This document shows positions 35,370 to 48,469 of a DNA stretch of 64,000 nt, in pieces. Origin of the DNA: an uncultured Deinococcaceae bacterium (GTDB lineage: Bacteria > Deinococcota > Deinococci > Deinococcales > Deinococcaceae); NCBI GenBank assembly GCA_964252075.1, contig CAXULY010000003.1, positions 49,459 through 113,458 on the forward strand, read 5' to 3'. The notes under the pieces are model-generated. The model had not been told where the DNA came from and made no database searches. It saw nothing but the letters and a program-made list of their open reading frames with translations. A program made the position numbers and the translations under genes. The stretch's first letter is position 1. Each line of letters opens with the position of its first letter.

Positions 35370-36626
35370 TCAGTGCTGCTGGCCCGGCACGGAGGACGCG
35401 AGGCGACCCGCGTCCTGCACGGCCTTCACGCCGAGCGCCAGCATGGCGTCCTCGCCCACCGCGAGTTCCTGCAGGTCGTCCGTGCAGCCCTGATCGGGCT
35501 GCACGCGCTCCGGGTACGGCTGGCCGTCCGGCCGCGCGAAGTGCGAGCGCGTGAGGTGCAGCGCGCCGCCGCCCGGCAGGCGGTACGTGCTGGTGCTGGT
35601 GTTCCCCACGCCGCTGGTCGCTTCGCCGATCACGGGGCCGCGGTGCGCGCCCTGCACCGCCAGCGCGAAGAACTCGCTGCACGAGGCGCTGTGCGCGTTC
35701 ACCAGCACCGCGAGCGGGCCGTCCCAGCGCTGCGGGGTGCTGACGCTCGCGGCGGTCACGCCGTCCACCTGCCACACGCCCGCGTCGGCGTTCATGACGT
35801 GGTGGCCGTCGCTGCCCTCCATGCTGCGCTGGATGCGCGCCACGAAGGGCGTCGCGGCGAGGTCGCACTCGAAGAGGCTCCCGCCGGGGTTGTCGCGCAG
35901 GTCCACCACGATGCCGGTCGCGGCGTGGTCGCGCGCGAGGCGCACGAGGTCATGCACCTGCTGCGCGACGCCGCCCCCGCTGCTGAAGGTCGGAATGCGA
36001 ATGACGGCGGTGCTGCCCTCCCAGCGCAGGTGCGGGAGGTTGCGCCCGCTGCTCTCGCGCGCCTGCATGTGCAGCTGCAGGTCCTGCGCGCCGCGCCGCA
36101 CGGTGAGGGCGACGCTGGCGCCCGCCTCGCGCAGCTTCGCGAGCTGGGCGTGGTCGTAGGGGCCGCCGTTCAGTCCGGTGAGGTGATCGCCGCGCTGCAG
36201 GCCCGCGCCCTCGGCGGGCGAGTCGGGCATCACGTCCGTCACGACGCGCGTCTGGTCGGGCAGCGCGGCGGACGTGAAGCCGAACTGCAGCCGGGCGCTG
36301 CCGGTGGAGACCTCCTGGAACTTGGCTTCCTCCTCGGGGGTGTTCAGGTAGGTGTGCTGGTCGTGCAGGGCGGCGACCGTGCCCTTCAGCACGCCGTAGG
36401 CGGCGCTGGCGGGGCAGCCCTCCGCGTCGCGGGCGCAGGCGGCGTTCAGGTCCGCCTGCGCCTGCGCCAGCAGCGCGGCGCGGTCCGCCGTGCTGAGGCC
36501 GCCGTACCCGTGCTCCAGCAGGGACGACACCGCGCCGAACACGTCGGTGGCGGGCGAGGCGAGGGCGGCGGGCGCGAGGAAGACGGAGAGCAGGGCGGCG
36601 CGAAGGCCCGCGTGCGTCAATTGCAT
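35370..36626 (-). CDS. S41 family peptidase with PDZ domain
   Basis: Signal peptide; DSPA..AGLQRGD; DLRDNPGG; SASCSE; IGEATSG.G. Confidence 0.92.
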   Translation of the reverse strand: MQLTHAGLRAALLSVFLAPAALASPATDVFGAVSSLLEHGYGGLSTADRAALLAQAQADLNAACARDAEGCPASAAYGVLKGTVAALHDQHTYLNTPEEEAKFQEVSTGSARLQFGFTSAALPDQTRVVTDVMPDSPAEGAGLQRGDHLTGLNGGPYDHAQLAKLREAGASVALTVRRGAQDLQLHMQARESSGRNLPHLRWEGSTAVIRIPTFSSGGGVAQQVHDLVRLARDHAATGIVVDLRDNPGGSLFECDLAATPFVARIQRSMEGSDGHHVMNADAGVWQVDGVTAASVSTPQRWDGPLAVLVNAHSASCSEFFALAVQGAHRGPVIGEATSGVGNTSTSTYRLPGGGALHLTRSHFARPDGQPYPERVQPDQGCTDDLQELAVGEDAMLALGVKAVQDAGRLASSVPGQQH

Positions 36627-36770
36627 GGTACGGCCAGTGTGACAGACCACCGCGCCGCAATGATGAAAATGAGAGTGCGTGAAGACCGAGGGGCGACCGG
36701 GCAACGGCCACAGCGCCACCATTCCCCGTCCTGGTGAAGGAAATTCGCACGCCCCTGCTGGGGCCGAACC

Positions 36771-37388
36771 TTAACGCATGCGGGTGGACACCCGCTGCAC
36801 CGCCTCTGCATGCAGCGCCTCCGCCCGCACCTGGACATCTTGCCGCGCGGCGCGCAGGGCGGCGGCCTCCGCGTCCGGCAGGGCCCCCAGGTTGATGTCC
36901 ACCGTCAGGAGCGACGCGCGCAGGGCGCCCAGCAGCAACTCCGCGCCCGCCCCCACGTCCGACACCACGTGCGCGTGGCTGAGGGGCGCCGCCTCCCGAG
37001 CGAGGATCAGGCCGCCCAGCAGGTCCCGTGCCGACGCGAGGGGCGCGTCGCTCGCCGCGCGCGCCGCCGCCTGCATCGCGGCGCGGCGCGCCTCACGCTC
37101 CCCGTCGCTCGCCTTCCGGAGGGCCAACGCCGCCATGTACCCCTCGAAGGCCCTCACGTCCGCGTCCGCGTGCGCGGGCAGGCGCGCAAGCAGGGTGCGC
37201 GCGCGCTCCAGCAGGTCCGGCAGGTCCGGCGCGGCGTTCTTGTGCCGCGCGCTGATCTCCAGCGCCATCACGACCAGACCCAGGCCCAGCGCGCCTGTCA
37301 CGGCGGACACGCTGCCCCCGCCGGGCGTGGGCGCGTCACTCGCGGTGCGCTCCAGGAGTTCGCGCGCACTCAGGTCCCAGACGCCCAC
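36771..37388 (-). CDS. Formiminotransferase-cyclodeaminase C-terminal family (cyclodeaminase/cyclohydrolase)
   Basis: TASDAPTPGGGSVSA..GALG, D..AF, SD.G.G, V.INL. Confidence 0.88.
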   Translation of the reverse strand: MGVWDLSARELLERTASDAPTPGGGSVSAVTGALGLGLVVMALEISARHKNAAPDLPDLLERARTLLARLPAHADADVRAFEGYMAALALRKASDGEREARRAAMQAAARAASDAPLASARDLLGGLILAREAAPLSHAHVVSDVGAGAELLLGALRASLLTVDINLGALPDAEAAALRAARQDVQVRAEALHAEAVQRVSTRMR

Positions 37389-37390
37389 GG

Positions 37391-37792
37391 TCAGTCCCGG
37401 TCCAGCGCGGCGAGCCACAGCATGAGGGCCTGCGCGCTCGCGGGGTTTGTGGCGAGCGGCACGTCATGCACGTCGCACAGGCGCAGCAGGGCGCTCACGT
37501 CCGGCTCGTGCGGCTGCGCGGTGAGCGGGTCGCGGAAGAAGATCACGGCGCGCACCTCATCCAGCGCGATGCGCGCGCCGATCTGCTGGTCGCCGCCCAG
37601 CGGGCCGGACAGCACGCGCTCCACGTTCAGGCCCGTCTTGTCGCGCAGGATGCCGCCCGTCGTGCCGGTCGCGACGAGCGGGTGGCGCGCCAGCACCTCC
37701 TTGTGCTGCAGCGCGAACAGCGCGAGTTCCAGCTTCATCTTGTCGTGCGCGATCAAGGCCACCTGAATCCGCTTTCCGGAGGGCTGGGTCAT
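37391..37792 (-). CDS. mgsA: Methylglyoxal synthase
   Basis: [37 protein letters not shown]. Confidence 0.96.
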   Translation of the reverse strand: MTQPSGKRIQVALIAHDKMKLELALFALQHKEVLARHPLVATGTTGGILRDKTGLNVERVLSGPLGGDQQIGARIALDEVRAVIFFRDPLTAQPHEPDVSALLRLCDVHDVPLATNPASAQALMLWLAALDRD

Positions 37793-37835
37793 CGCGCGTA
37801 TTGTCGCACGGCGGGCGCACCCGCGAGACTGCCGC

Positions 37836-38333
37836 ATGGACCTCCGCACCCTCACCGCCGCCGACGCGCCCGCGTACCGCGCCCTGCGCCTGGAGATGCT
37901 CACGCGCGACCCGACCGCCTTCGGAAGTGCCGCCGAGGAGTTCCGGGAGCGGAGTATGGAGAGCGTCGCGCAGATGCTCACCCCGACCGCGTCGCGCTTC
38001 ACGCTGGGCGCGTGGGAGGGCGCGGACCTGCTGGGCACGGCGACGCTGGCGCGCGAGGAGGGCCTCAAGACGCGCCACAAGGCGAACGTGTACGGCGTGT
38101 ACGTGACGCCCAGCGCGCGCGGGCGGGGCCTCGCGCGCGCCCTCATGACGGAACTGCTGACGCGGGCGCGGCAGCAGGGTGTGAGCACCCTGCTGCTCTC
38201 CGTGGCGGAACCGCAGGCGGCGGCGCGCGCCCTGTACGCACACCTGGGCTTCACGCCCTACGGCACGGAGCCGGACGCCCTGCGCGTGGACGGGCAGCGC
38301 GTCACGGAACTGCACCTGCGCCTGGACCTGTGA
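37836..38333 (+). CDS. GNAT acetyltransferase
   Basis: [20 protein letters not shown]. Confidence 0.9.
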   Translation: MDLRTLTAADAPAYRALRLEMLTRDPTAFGSAAEEFRERSMESVAQMLTPTASRFTLGAWEGADLLGTATLAREEGLKTRHKANVYGVYVTPSARGRGLARALMTELLTRARQQGVSTLLLSVAEPQAAARALYAHLGFTPYGTEPDALRVDGQRVTELHLRLDL

Positions 38334-38379
38334 AGGGCCGGGCGGAGAACACCCGCCCGGCTCGGTCACGCCCCTTCGC

Positions 38380-39524
38380 TCAGCTCCAGCGGGCGTCCGT
38401 CCACTTCTGGTCACCGCGCGCGTTCTCGACGGTCTTCTCGATGAAGTGCACGCCGCGCGCGCCGTCCTCCAGGGTGGGGTACTCGGGCGTGATGGTGCGG
38501 CCCTCCGCGCGCGCGCGCATGTCCTGGATGGCGCCCAGGTACACGTTCGCGAAGGCCTCGATGAAGCCTTCCGGGTGCCCGCTCGGGAGGCGCGTGGCGG
38601 CCTGCGCGTCCGCGCCGAGGCCGGGCCCGCCGCGCGTGAGGATGCGCCGGGGCGCGTCCAGGCTGTCGTGAATCAGGACGTTGGGGTTCTCCTGGTGCCA
38701 GATCAGGCTGCCCTGGGTGCCGTGCACGCGCAAGCGCAGGTCGTTCTCCCCGCCGATCTCGATCTGCGAGCACATCAGGACGCCCTTCGCGCCGCCCTGG
38801 AAGCGCAGCAGCAGGCTCGCGTCGTCGTCGAGCGCGCGGCCCGGCACGAAACTCGTGAGGTCCGCGCACAGGGACTCCACGTGCAGGCCCGTGACGGTGC
38901 TCACGAGGTTCTCCGCGTGGCTGCCGATGTCCCCCATCGCGCCCGCGAGGCCGCTGCGGGCGGGGTCGGTGCGCCAGCCCGCCTGCTTGTTGGCGCTCTC
39001 GTCCACGGCGTTGGAGAGCCAGCCCTGGTGGTACTCCACGATCACCTTGCGGAGGTCGCCCAGCACGCCCTCGCGGACCATCTGCCGGGCCTGGCGCACG
39101 AGGGGATAGCCGGTGTAGTTGTAGGTCACGGCGAACACCACGCCGCTCTTCGCGACGGTGTCCATCAGGTCGCGGGCCTGCTCGCTGCTGTGCACGAGCG
39201 GCTTGTCGCACACCACATGGATGCCCGCCGCCGCGAAGGCCTTCGCGACCGGGTAGTGCATGTGGTTCGGCGTGACGATGCTCACGAAGTCGATGCGCTC
39301 ACCGTCGGGCCGCGCGAGTTCGCCCTCCAGCATGTCCTCCCAGCTGCCGTAACTGCGCTCGGGCGCGAGGCCGAGCGCCTCGCCGGACGCGCGGGCCTTC
39401 TCGGGCGTGCTGGAGAGCGCGCCCGCCACGAGTTCCGTCTGCCCGTCGAGCGCGGCGGCCATGCGGTGCACGCCGCCGATGAAGGCGCCCTGCCCGCCGC
39501 CCACCATGCCGTACTTCAGGCGCC

Positions 39525-39528
<4 letters not shown>
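38380..39528 (-). CDS. Gfo/Idh/MocA oxidoreductase
   Basis: [30 protein letters not shown]. Confidence 0.92.
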
Positions 39529-40535
<1,007 letters not shown>

Positions 40536-40680
40536 GGCAGGGTCCTCCCGCCCCGAGGGTGGGGCGCCGGGTCGCGGGGCGCGACCCCTGAGCTGGGTGG
40601 TGGCACGCGCGGGGTGTAAAACGATTTCTCTGCTGAATAGTAACGCGAGGACCGCCACGCCGGGCAAGGGGGCGCCCGCG

Positions 40681-41316
40681 TCAGGGCGCCTGGACCACCT
40701 GCGTGAGGTACCCGACGAGCGCGGCCTCCACCTCCCGCACGAGGGCCGGGTCGAAGCCCGCGCCGTGCGGGCCGGGGCGCGTGAAGAGGGCGTCCGCGAG
40801 GTGAATGCACAGCCACGCGACGGTCGCGCGGCGCGCGGGGTCCAGGGTGGGCGCGAGCGCCGCGAGGAGCGCCTCGACCTGCCCCGTGATGGCCTTCAGG
40901 ACGCTGGCGTGCGCCGGTTCCTGCAGGGCGCGCGGTTCCTGCGGGTCGTGCGTGAGGAGCACGCGCAGCAGGCCGGGCTGCGTGCGGTCGAGCGCCTCGA
41001 AGGCCGCGAGAACCTGCGCGATGATGACGGGCAGGGGGCGCCGGGGCTCGGGAGCGAGGGCGGGGCCGAGCGCGCCATGCACGCGCTCCAGCCACTCCTG
41101 GCGCAGCACGGCGCGCAGGGCGGCCTTGTTCGGGAAGAACTGGTACAGGGACCCCACGGACACGCCCGCTTCCTCCGCGATGCGGTTGGTGGTGGCCGCG
41201 TCGAAGCCGACCTCCGCGAAAACGCGAGCCGCAGCGGCCAGAATCCGCGCGACGAGGCGGCGGCTGCGGGTCTGGGTGGGCGTGCGGCGCGGCTGGACGC
41301 TGCGGGGTCGGTTCAT
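40681..41316 (-). CDS. TetR-family regulator
   Basis: [40 protein letters not shown]. Confidence 0.93.
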   Translation of the reverse strand: MNRPRSVQPRRTPTQTRSRRLVARILAAAARVFAEVGFDAATTNRIAEEAGVSVGSLYQFFPNKAALRAVLRQEWLERVHGALGPALAPEPRRPLPVIIAQVLAAFEALDRTQPGLLRVLLTHDPQEPRALQEPAHASVLKAITGQVEALLAALAPTLDPARRATVAWLCIHLADALFTRPGPHGAGFDPALVREVEAALVGYLTQVVQAP

Positions 41317-41347
41317 GACGGGCGCCTCCCGGATGCGAGTTGAGAAC

Positions 41348-41363
41348 GCGAGCAACGGCTCGC
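41348..41363. promoter_or_regulatory. Probable TetR operator between tetR and P450
   Basis: Palindrome GCGAGC-AACG-GCTCGC in the divergent intergenic region. Confidence 0.55.
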
Positions 41364-41418
41364 ATACTGGCAGCGTACCACGCCGCCCCGGCCCGCCCCC
41401 TTCCCGCGAGGTGAACCC

Positions 41419-42756
41419 ATGACCGTGCCCCCCAGCCAGCTGCCCCACGCGCCCGGCCCGAGCCCCGCCGACATGACGTCCGCCAACGCGCGCTTCACGC
41501 CCAACCCCCTGGAGTTCCTGCCGCAGCTGCAGCGCGCCTACGGCGACGTGGTGCGCCTCGGCGGCGAGGAGGGCGGCTACCTCATCAGCGACCCGGCCCT
41601 CATCGAGTTCGTGCACGTGCAGACGGGCCGCCTGTTCGACAAGGGGTACCTGCAGCCTGGCTCCCTGATGGGCCTGGTGTTCGGCAACGGCCTCGTGGTG
41701 AGCGAGGGGGACTTCTGGCTGCGGCAGCGCCGCATGATTCAGCCGAGCTTCCACCGCGACCGCATCCGCGCCTACGGCGAGGTGATGGTCGCGGACGCGC
41801 GCCGCATGCTGGCGGACTGGCAGGACGGCCAGACGCGCGACGTGCACCAGGACATGATGCACGTCACGCTGGAGATCATCCTGAAGAGCCTCTTCGACCT
41901 GGAGGCGGGCCCGGAGGCGCAGGCCTTCGGGCAGGCGATGGACGACATGCTGGGCTCCATCACGCAGTTGTACATGGCGACGCCGGAGACGGCGCCCGCC
42001 ATTCAGGCGCGCTTCGAGGACGCCACGCGCCGCATCGACGACTTCACGCGCGGCGTGATTCAGACGCGCCGCGCGCAGGGCGGGGACCGCGGCGACCTGC
42101 TCTCCATGCTGCTCGCCGCGCAGGACGACGAGCAGCGCGGCATGACCGAGCAGCAGCTGCTGGACGAGAGCAAGAACCTCATCATGGCGGGGCACGAGAC
42201 GACCTCCAACACCCTCAGCTGGACCCTGTGGCTGCTCGCGCAGCACCCGGAAGTGGAGGCGAAGCTGCACGCGGAGCTGGACGCCGCCCTCGCGGGGCGC
42301 CCGCCGGAAGTCGCGGACCTGGAGCGCCTGCCCTACGCCCGCAACGTGATCGTGGAGGCCATGCGCGTGATGCCGCCCGTGTGGAGCGTGGGGCGCCGCG
42401 CGCGGCAGGACCTGGAGCTCGGCGGGTACTTCGTGCCGGAGGGCGCGATGCTGTCCATGAGCCAGTGGGTGGTGCAGCGCGATGAGCGCTTCTTCCCGGA
42501 CCCGCTGGCGTTCACGCCGGAGCGCTGGGAGGGCGGCCTGGAGCGCCGCATCCCCCGGTACGCGTACTTCCCGTTCGGCGGTGGGCCGCGCGTGTGCATC
42601 GGGGAGAACTTCGCGCGCATGGAGGCCGTGCTGCTGCTCGCCACCATCGCGCAGCGCTACCGCCTGCACCTGCCGGAGGGCGAGGTGGTGCGGCCCGAGC
42701 CGAGCATCACGCTGCGCCCGCACGGCGGCCTGCACATGCGGCTGGAAGCGCGCTGA
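41419..42756 (+). CDS. Cytochrome P450
   Basis: AGHETT, EAMR, PERW, FGGGPRVCIG heme motif. Confidence 0.96.
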   Translation: MTVPPSQLPHAPGPSPADMTSANARFTPNPLEFLPQLQRAYGDVVRLGGEEGGYLISDPALIEFVHVQTGRLFDKGYLQPGSLMGLVFGNGLVVSEGDFWLRQRRMIQPSFHRDRIRAYGEVMVADARRMLADWQDGQTRDVHQDMMHVTLEIILKSLFDLEAGPEAQAFGQAMDDMLGSITQLYMATPETAPAIQARFEDATRRIDDFTRGVIQTRRAQGGDRGDLLSMLLAAQDDEQRGMTEQQLLDESKNLIMAGHETTSNTLSWTLWLLAQHPEVEAKLHAELDAALAGRPPEVADLERLPYARNVIVEAMRVMPPVWSVGRRARQDLELGGYFVPEGAMLSMSQWVVQRDERFFPDPLAFTPERWEGGLERRIPRYAYFPFGGGPRVCIGENFARMEAVLLLATIAQRYRLHLPEGEVVRPEPSITLRPHGGLHMRLEAR

Positions 42757-43018
42757 CCCCGTGTGAGGGGCGGCCCGGGATGGCCGCCCCTCGTGGCTGG
42801 CCGGTGGGCTGCATGAGATGAGGGCTGCTCAAAGGAACACTCCTTACCTTCTGAAGGGACCCGGCGCATAATTTCGAGGTGGAGTCCCTGAACGCACCGC
42901 TCCTTTGCGCCTTCGGGCGCTCAGCAGGCCACGCTGGTGGCACGACCGCCCCCACCCCCGCACCCTCACGCGCTCCGCACCCCACCGCCCGACCCTGGGC
43001 GCGCGAACTGAACCGCGC

Positions 43019-45208
43019 ATGACGGTGCAGACCGACGCGAACCTCGGCTCCCGCCTGCGGCGCTGGCTGCTCGCGGACAACGCGCAGCAGCCGGAAGGCT
43101 TCCATGAGCCCGGCCCGCAGGCGCAGGCGCACCACCACCAGCACCCCTGGTGGAAGGTCATGTGCCTCACCGGCGTGGATTACTTCTCCAGCCTGGGGTA
43201 CCAGCCGGGCATCGCGGCGCTCGCGGCGGGCGCCCTCTCCCCCATCGCCACGCTGGTCCTCGTGATGGTGACGCTCTTCGGCGCGCTCCCCATGTACCGC
43301 CGCGTCGCGAAGGAAAGCCCGCACGGCGACGGCTCCATCTCCATGCTGGAGCGCCTCCTGAGTTACTGGCCCAGCAAGGTGCTGGTGCTGGCCCTGATCG
43401 GCTTCGTCGCGACGGGCTTCGTCATCACCATCACGCTGTCCGCCGCGGACGCCAGCGCGCACCTCATCGAGAACCCCTTCCTGACGGGCGCGCTGCACGG
43501 CAAGCAGGTCATCATCACGCTCGCCTTGATCGCGCTGCTGGGCGCGGTGTTCCTGAAGGGCTTCAACGAGGCGATCGGCATCGCGGTGGGGCTGGTGGTG
43601 GTGTACATCGGCCTGAGCGCCGCCGTGATGATCAAGGGCGTCACGCTGGTCCTCGCGCAGCCGGAGCTCGTGACGAACTGGCTGGCGTCCCTGCGGCAGG
43701 CCTTCCCGTCCACCCTCGCGATTGCGGGCGGGGCGCTGCTGGTGTTCCCGCGCCTCGCGCTGGGCCTCTCCGGCTTCGAGACGGGCGTCGTCGTGATGCC
43801 GCTCATCCAGGGCGACCCCGGCGAGTCCGAGGCGAACCCGCGCGGACGCATCCGCAACGGCCGCAAGCTCCTGACGACCGCGGCGCTCATCATGAGCGTC
43901 ATGCTGATCGGCAGCGCCTTCGTGACGACCGTGCTGATCCCCCCGAGCGGCTTCTGGCCGGACACCACCGCCACGCGCAACGTGACCGCCACGGACCTCG
44001 CGAGCGGGAACGCCGTGGTGGCCGTGCCGCTCGACGACCCGAACTCCCCGCAGCACACCTACAGCCTGCGCCTCCCCGCGAACGCCAAGGGGAGCTTCAC
44101 CGTGCAGGCGCAGACGCTGGGCGGCACGGTGCCCGTGAACGTCACGGTGGGCCAGCCGGGCGACCGCGTGGTGCCCGTCACCGTCGAGAAGCCCGCGGGC
44201 GGCGCGAGCGGGCGCGCACTCGCGTACCTCGCGCACGAGCGGCTCGGGAACACCTTCGGCACCATCTACGACATCAGCACCATCTTCATCCTGTGGTTCG
44301 CGGGCGCGTCCGCCATGGCGGGCCTGCTGAACATCGTGCCGCGCTACCTGCCGCGCTACGGCATGGCGCCCGACTGGACGCGCGTGAACCGCCCCCTGGT
44401 GCTGATCTTCACGGGCGTGTGCTTCCTCGTGACGCTCGCCTTCCAGGCGAGCGTGGACGAGCAGTCCGGCGCGTACGCGACGGGCGTGCTGGCCCTCATG
44501 ACAAGCGCCGCCATCGCCGTGACGCTCTCGTGCTTCCGCAACGGCGAGCGCACCCTCGGCGGGTACTTCGCGGTCATCAGCGTGATCTTCGTGTACACCA
44601 GCATCGTCACGGTCGGGCAGCGCCCGGAGGGCCTGTACATCGCGCTGCTGTTCATCGCGGCGATCCTCGCGGTGAGCATCTGGTCGCGCGTGTCGCGCGC
44701 CACGGAACTCCGCACGGAGCGCGTGGAACTCGACCACACCGCCACGTACCTGATCGTGGACGCCGCGCGCCGCGGCGAGCTGCGCTTCATCGCGAACCAC
44801 CTGGACGCCGGGGACAGCGACGAGTACCGCCTGAAGGAACTCGACGTGCGCCTCGACACGCACCTCCCCGCACGCGACCCCGTGCTGTTCCTGGAGGTGA
44901 CGGTCGCGGACGCCAGCGAGTTCCGCGACGTGCTGGAAGTGAAGGGCTACGAGGTGGACGGGTACCGCATCCTGCGCGCGGAGTCGAGCGCCGTGCCGAA
45001 CGCCATCGCGGCGTTCCTGCTGCACGTGCGGGACGTAACGGGCATCGTGCCGCACGTGTACTTCGAGTGGGACGAGGAGGCGCCCGTGAAGAACGCCCTG
45101 CGCTTCCTGCTGGCGGGCGAGGGGGACATCCCGCCGCTCACGCACGAGGTGCTGCGTCAGGCGGAACCGGACCGCCTGCGCCGGCCCGTCGTGCACGTCG
45201 GCGGCTGA
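43019..45208 (+). CDS. APC-superfamily amino acid/cation transporter
   Basis: [32 protein letters not shown], many TM helices, C-terminal cytosolic domain. Confidence 0.85.
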   Translation: MTVQTDANLGSRLRRWLLADNAQQPEGFHEPGPQAQAHHHQHPWWKVMCLTGVDYFSSLGYQPGIAALAAGALSPIATLVLVMVTLFGALPMYRRVAKESPHGDGSISMLERLLSYWPSKVLVLALIGFVATGFVITITLSAADASAHLIENPFLTGALHGKQVIITLALIALLGAVFLKGFNEAIGIAVGLVVVYIGLSAAVMIKGVTLVLAQPELVTNWLASLRQAFPSTLAIAGGALLVFPRLALGLSGFETGVVVMPLIQGDPGESEANPRGRIRNGRKLLTTAALIMSVMLIGSAFVTTVLIPPSGFWPDTTATRNVTATDLASGNAVVAVPLDDPNSPQHTYSLRLPANAKGSFTVQAQTLGGTVPVNVTVGQPGDRVVPVTVEKPAGGASGRALAYLAHERLGNTFGTIYDISTIFILWFAGASAMAGLLNIVPRYLPRYGMAPDWTRVNRPLVLIFTGVCFLVTLAFQASVDEQSGAYATGVLALMTSAAIAVTLSCFRNGERTLGGYFAVISVIFVYTSIVTVGQRPEGLYIALLFIAAILAVSIWSRVSRATELRTERVELDHTATYLIVDAARRGELRFIANHLDAGDSDEYRLKELDVRLDTHLPARDPVLFLEVTVADASEFRDVLEVKGYEVDGYRILRAESSAVPNAIAAFLLHVRDVTGIVPHVYFEWDEEAPVKNALRFLLAGEGDIPPLTHEVLRQAEPDRLRRPVVHVGG

Positions 45209-45272
45209 GGAATGACGCCTGGGGGCAGGGCCAGAGCCCTGCCCTTTGTTGTGGCTGAACGGAGGAACATGC

Positions 45273-46019
45273 ATGCTGCCGGATGAATTGGAATCATACC
45301 TGCGGGCGCTCACGACGCGCCTGACGGACACCTTCGGGGAGGGGCTGGTCGGGGTGTACCTGTTCGGCTCGGCGGCACAGGGCGCGTACGAGCCGGGCGT
45401 GAGCGACCTGGACGTGCAGGCGGTGGTGCAGAGTGCGCTCCCGCTGGAAACGTGCCGGGCGCTGGCGGGGCAGCTCTCGCAGCGGGCCCTCCCGTGCCCG
45501 GCGCCGCGCCTGGAGTTCGTGCTGTACCCGCAGGGCGCGGTGCGGCCCATGACGGCCCGCCCGGCCTTCGCGCTGAACCTGAACACCGGCCGGGCGCTCC
45601 CGCAGGACCACGTGACCTACGACGTGAGCGAGGAGTCCCCGCACTGGTTCGTGCTGGACATCGCGCAGGGCCGCGAGGTGGGCCGCGCGCTGCTTGGGCC
45701 GCCGCCCGCCGAGGTGTTCGGGGTGGTGCCGCGCGCGCTGGTGCTGGAGGCGCTCGCCACGTCCCTCGCGTGGCACGCGGAGCACGACGCGACCGCCCCG
45801 AACCGCATCCTGAACGCCGCGCGCGCGTGGCGCTTCGCGGACGCGAACGCCTGGGGCAGTAAGGGCGCGGGCGTCGAGTGGGCCGCAGCGCAGACGCCCG
45901 CCTTCCCGGTCATTGAGCGGGCATGGCGGGCGCGGCACGAGGGGCGGTCGGTGGACCCGGCGGAGGCGGCGGCCTTCCTGGCCTTCGTGGAGGGACGCGT
46001 GACCGCCGCGCGCGGATGA
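45273..46019 (+). CDS. Nucleotidyltransferase with DUF4111-like domain (aminoglycoside adenylyltransferase-like)
   Basis: GVYLFGS..G....SDLD; LNAARAW...SK..G.EWA. Confidence 0.8.
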   Translation: MLPDELESYLRALTTRLTDTFGEGLVGVYLFGSAAQGAYEPGVSDLDVQAVVQSALPLETCRALAGQLSQRALPCPAPRLEFVLYPQGAVRPMTARPAFALNLNTGRALPQDHVTYDVSEESPHWFVLDIAQGREVGRALLGPPPAEVFGVVPRALVLEALATSLAWHAEHDATAPNRILNAARAWRFADANAWGSKGAGVEWAAAQTPAFPVIERAWRARHEGRSVDPAEAAAFLAFVEGRVTAARG

Positions 46020-46020
46020 C

Positions 46021-46710
<690 letters not shown>

Positions 46711-47260
46711 CCTTCACCGCGCCGCGCGCGGCGCCTGTAAGGGAAGGCACGCTCGCGCTCAGCGGTCCAGCGCGAAACTCACCCGCCCGGCCTTGTCAAA
46801 CTTGCCGACGCCCCACCTCAGTGCGCTGTTCCACGCGCCGCCCACACGCTCCCCGCTGGTGAGGGCGGACGTGGAGCAGCCGTTCTGGTTGGCACTCGCC
46901 GCGGAGCGGCCAGTGAGGACGCTCCTGCCGCGGTGCAGCAGCCCGGTCAGGTCGGCGTTGCCGCTGCTGTTCACAGTGGCGACCACAGCGACGTCCAGTT
47001 GAGCACCGGACGTCGCGGGCCAGGAGGAGTGGAAGCGGATCGCCACGCCCTTCGGGTCCAGGTGATGGGCCAGTTCCACAGGAACCGCAGCTGGTTAGCA
47101 TGGACCGCTCTGCGCTGGACAGGCAGTGGGCGTGTTTGCCCGCCCTGAAATCCCCGCATGGCTTGCGGGTAAGCCGGGCTGCAGCCCGACCCGCCGAGCG
47201 AAAACCAGCGCTGGGAAGGACTCCCAGCGCTGGCTCGCGGTCACCGCCAAGCTTGCGGTT

Positions 47261-48304
47261 TCAGGCCTGGCCGTTCAGGTACGCGCGGACTTTGTCCGTC
47301 TGGATCTGCCAGTCGGTCTGCGCCATGAAGGGCTTGAAGCCCATGGCGTAGTTGATGCCGAGCATTGCGGCGTTCACGTCGGCGTTCCCGGTGCGCACGA
47401 CGCGCGCTTCGGGGTTCTCGTTGAGCGCCGTGAGGAGGTTCGCGGCCTTCAGCCAGCGCCCGAGGCCGTGGCGGCGGTGCTCGGGGCGCACGCCCGTCGC
47501 GCCCTGGAACAGCAGGGTGTGGCGCTCCGGCTGCCAGAACAGCTCGGAGTACCCGACGAGCTGCCCGGTCGCGCGGTGCTCGGCGAAGGCCGTGACGCGC
47601 CGCTCGCCTGTCGCGCGGAGTTGCTCCTCCCAGTGCTCCAGGCGCTCGACGCTCATCTGCCAGTCCTGCATGTCGAGGTCGCCGCGCGGCGCGGTGTTCA
47701 TGACGTTCCAGAGGTCCGCGATGTCAGCGCGGCGTTCCTGCGGGTAGGGCCCGCTGTTCAGCCACACGCGGTAGTCGGTGGCGCGCGCCTCGCCGTCCTG
47801 TACCCAACGCTCCATGAGGGCGCGGTCGAGTTCGGCGAGGTCCAGCTGGTTCATGTGCGTGGCGAGGGCGGCGTCGGCGCCGAGGCGGCGCAGGAAGGCC
47901 TCGCCGTCCGGCAGGCGGTCGCTGCTGCCGCCGATCAGGGTGCGGCGCCCCTGCGTTTCGGCGCGCGCGGTCAGTTCGGCGAGCAGGCGGCGACCCAGGC
48001 CGCGCTGGCGGTGGGGGGCCTGCACGCTGAGTTCCACGAAGGCCAGGTGGGTGTTCTCGCGCAGCGGCAGGAACAGCGCGCCGTGCCCCACGACGCGGCT
48101 TCCGTCCCAGGCGTTCACGGTGAACACGTCCTCGTCGGGTTCGACGTGGCGCATCTCGGTCATGAGGGTCTCGATCTGCCAGGGCGGGTCGTCGGGGAGG
48201 CGCTCGTGGCGCAGGACTTCGCGGTGTAGGGCGACGGCGCGCAGTTGGTCGTCGCTGGCGGTGCGCGGGTCGCTGGGTTCCAGGCGCAGGTCGGTCAGGG
48301 TCAT
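47261..48304 (-). CDS. Tandem GNAT acetyltransferase
   Basis: Two R.RGLGR motifs; TGN...N..ML.IN..MGF. Confidence 0.88.
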   Translation of the reverse strand: MTLTDLRLEPSDPRTASDDQLRAVALHREVLRHERLPDDPPWQIETLMTEMRHVEPDEDVFTVNAWDGSRVVGHGALFLPLRENTHLAFVELSVQAPHRQRGLGRRLLAELTARAETQGRRTLIGGSSDRLPDGEAFLRRLGADAALATHMNQLDLAELDRALMERWVQDGEARATDYRVWLNSGPYPQERRADIADLWNVMNTAPRGDLDMQDWQMSVERLEHWEEQLRATGERRVTAFAEHRATGQLVGYSELFWQPERHTLLFQGATGVRPEHRRHGLGRWLKAANLLTALNENPEARVVRTGNADVNAAMLGINYAMGFKPFMAQTDWQIQTDKVRAYLNGQA

Positions 48305-48410
48305 GGGGTCCTCCTTGGTCCCGCGCGGCGGGCCCGGGTGTTGCCTGTCAGTGTGGGGGGCACCCGTCAGGAGGTCATGCGCCATGTGGCATAGGACCTG
48401 GGGTAGGCCA

Positions 48411-48456
48411 TTGACAGGGGGGCGGGGACGCCCTACAGTGCATTTGAACGATCAAA
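48411..48456 (+). promoter_or_regulatory. lacI-family promoter with autoregulatory operator
   Basis: TTGACA-17-TACAGT then TTTGAACGATCAAA. Confidence 0.75.
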
Positions 48457-48469
48457 AAGGGGGCAATAC

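Noticed and set aside
45273..46019. Acquired aminoglycoside resistance gene
   Set aside because: Host-like GC, no mobile context; the fold alone does not establish resistance
46759..47159. 106-aa minus-strand ORF or frameshifted gene
   Set aside because: No RBS, motif or clear start; cannot be supported without a homology search
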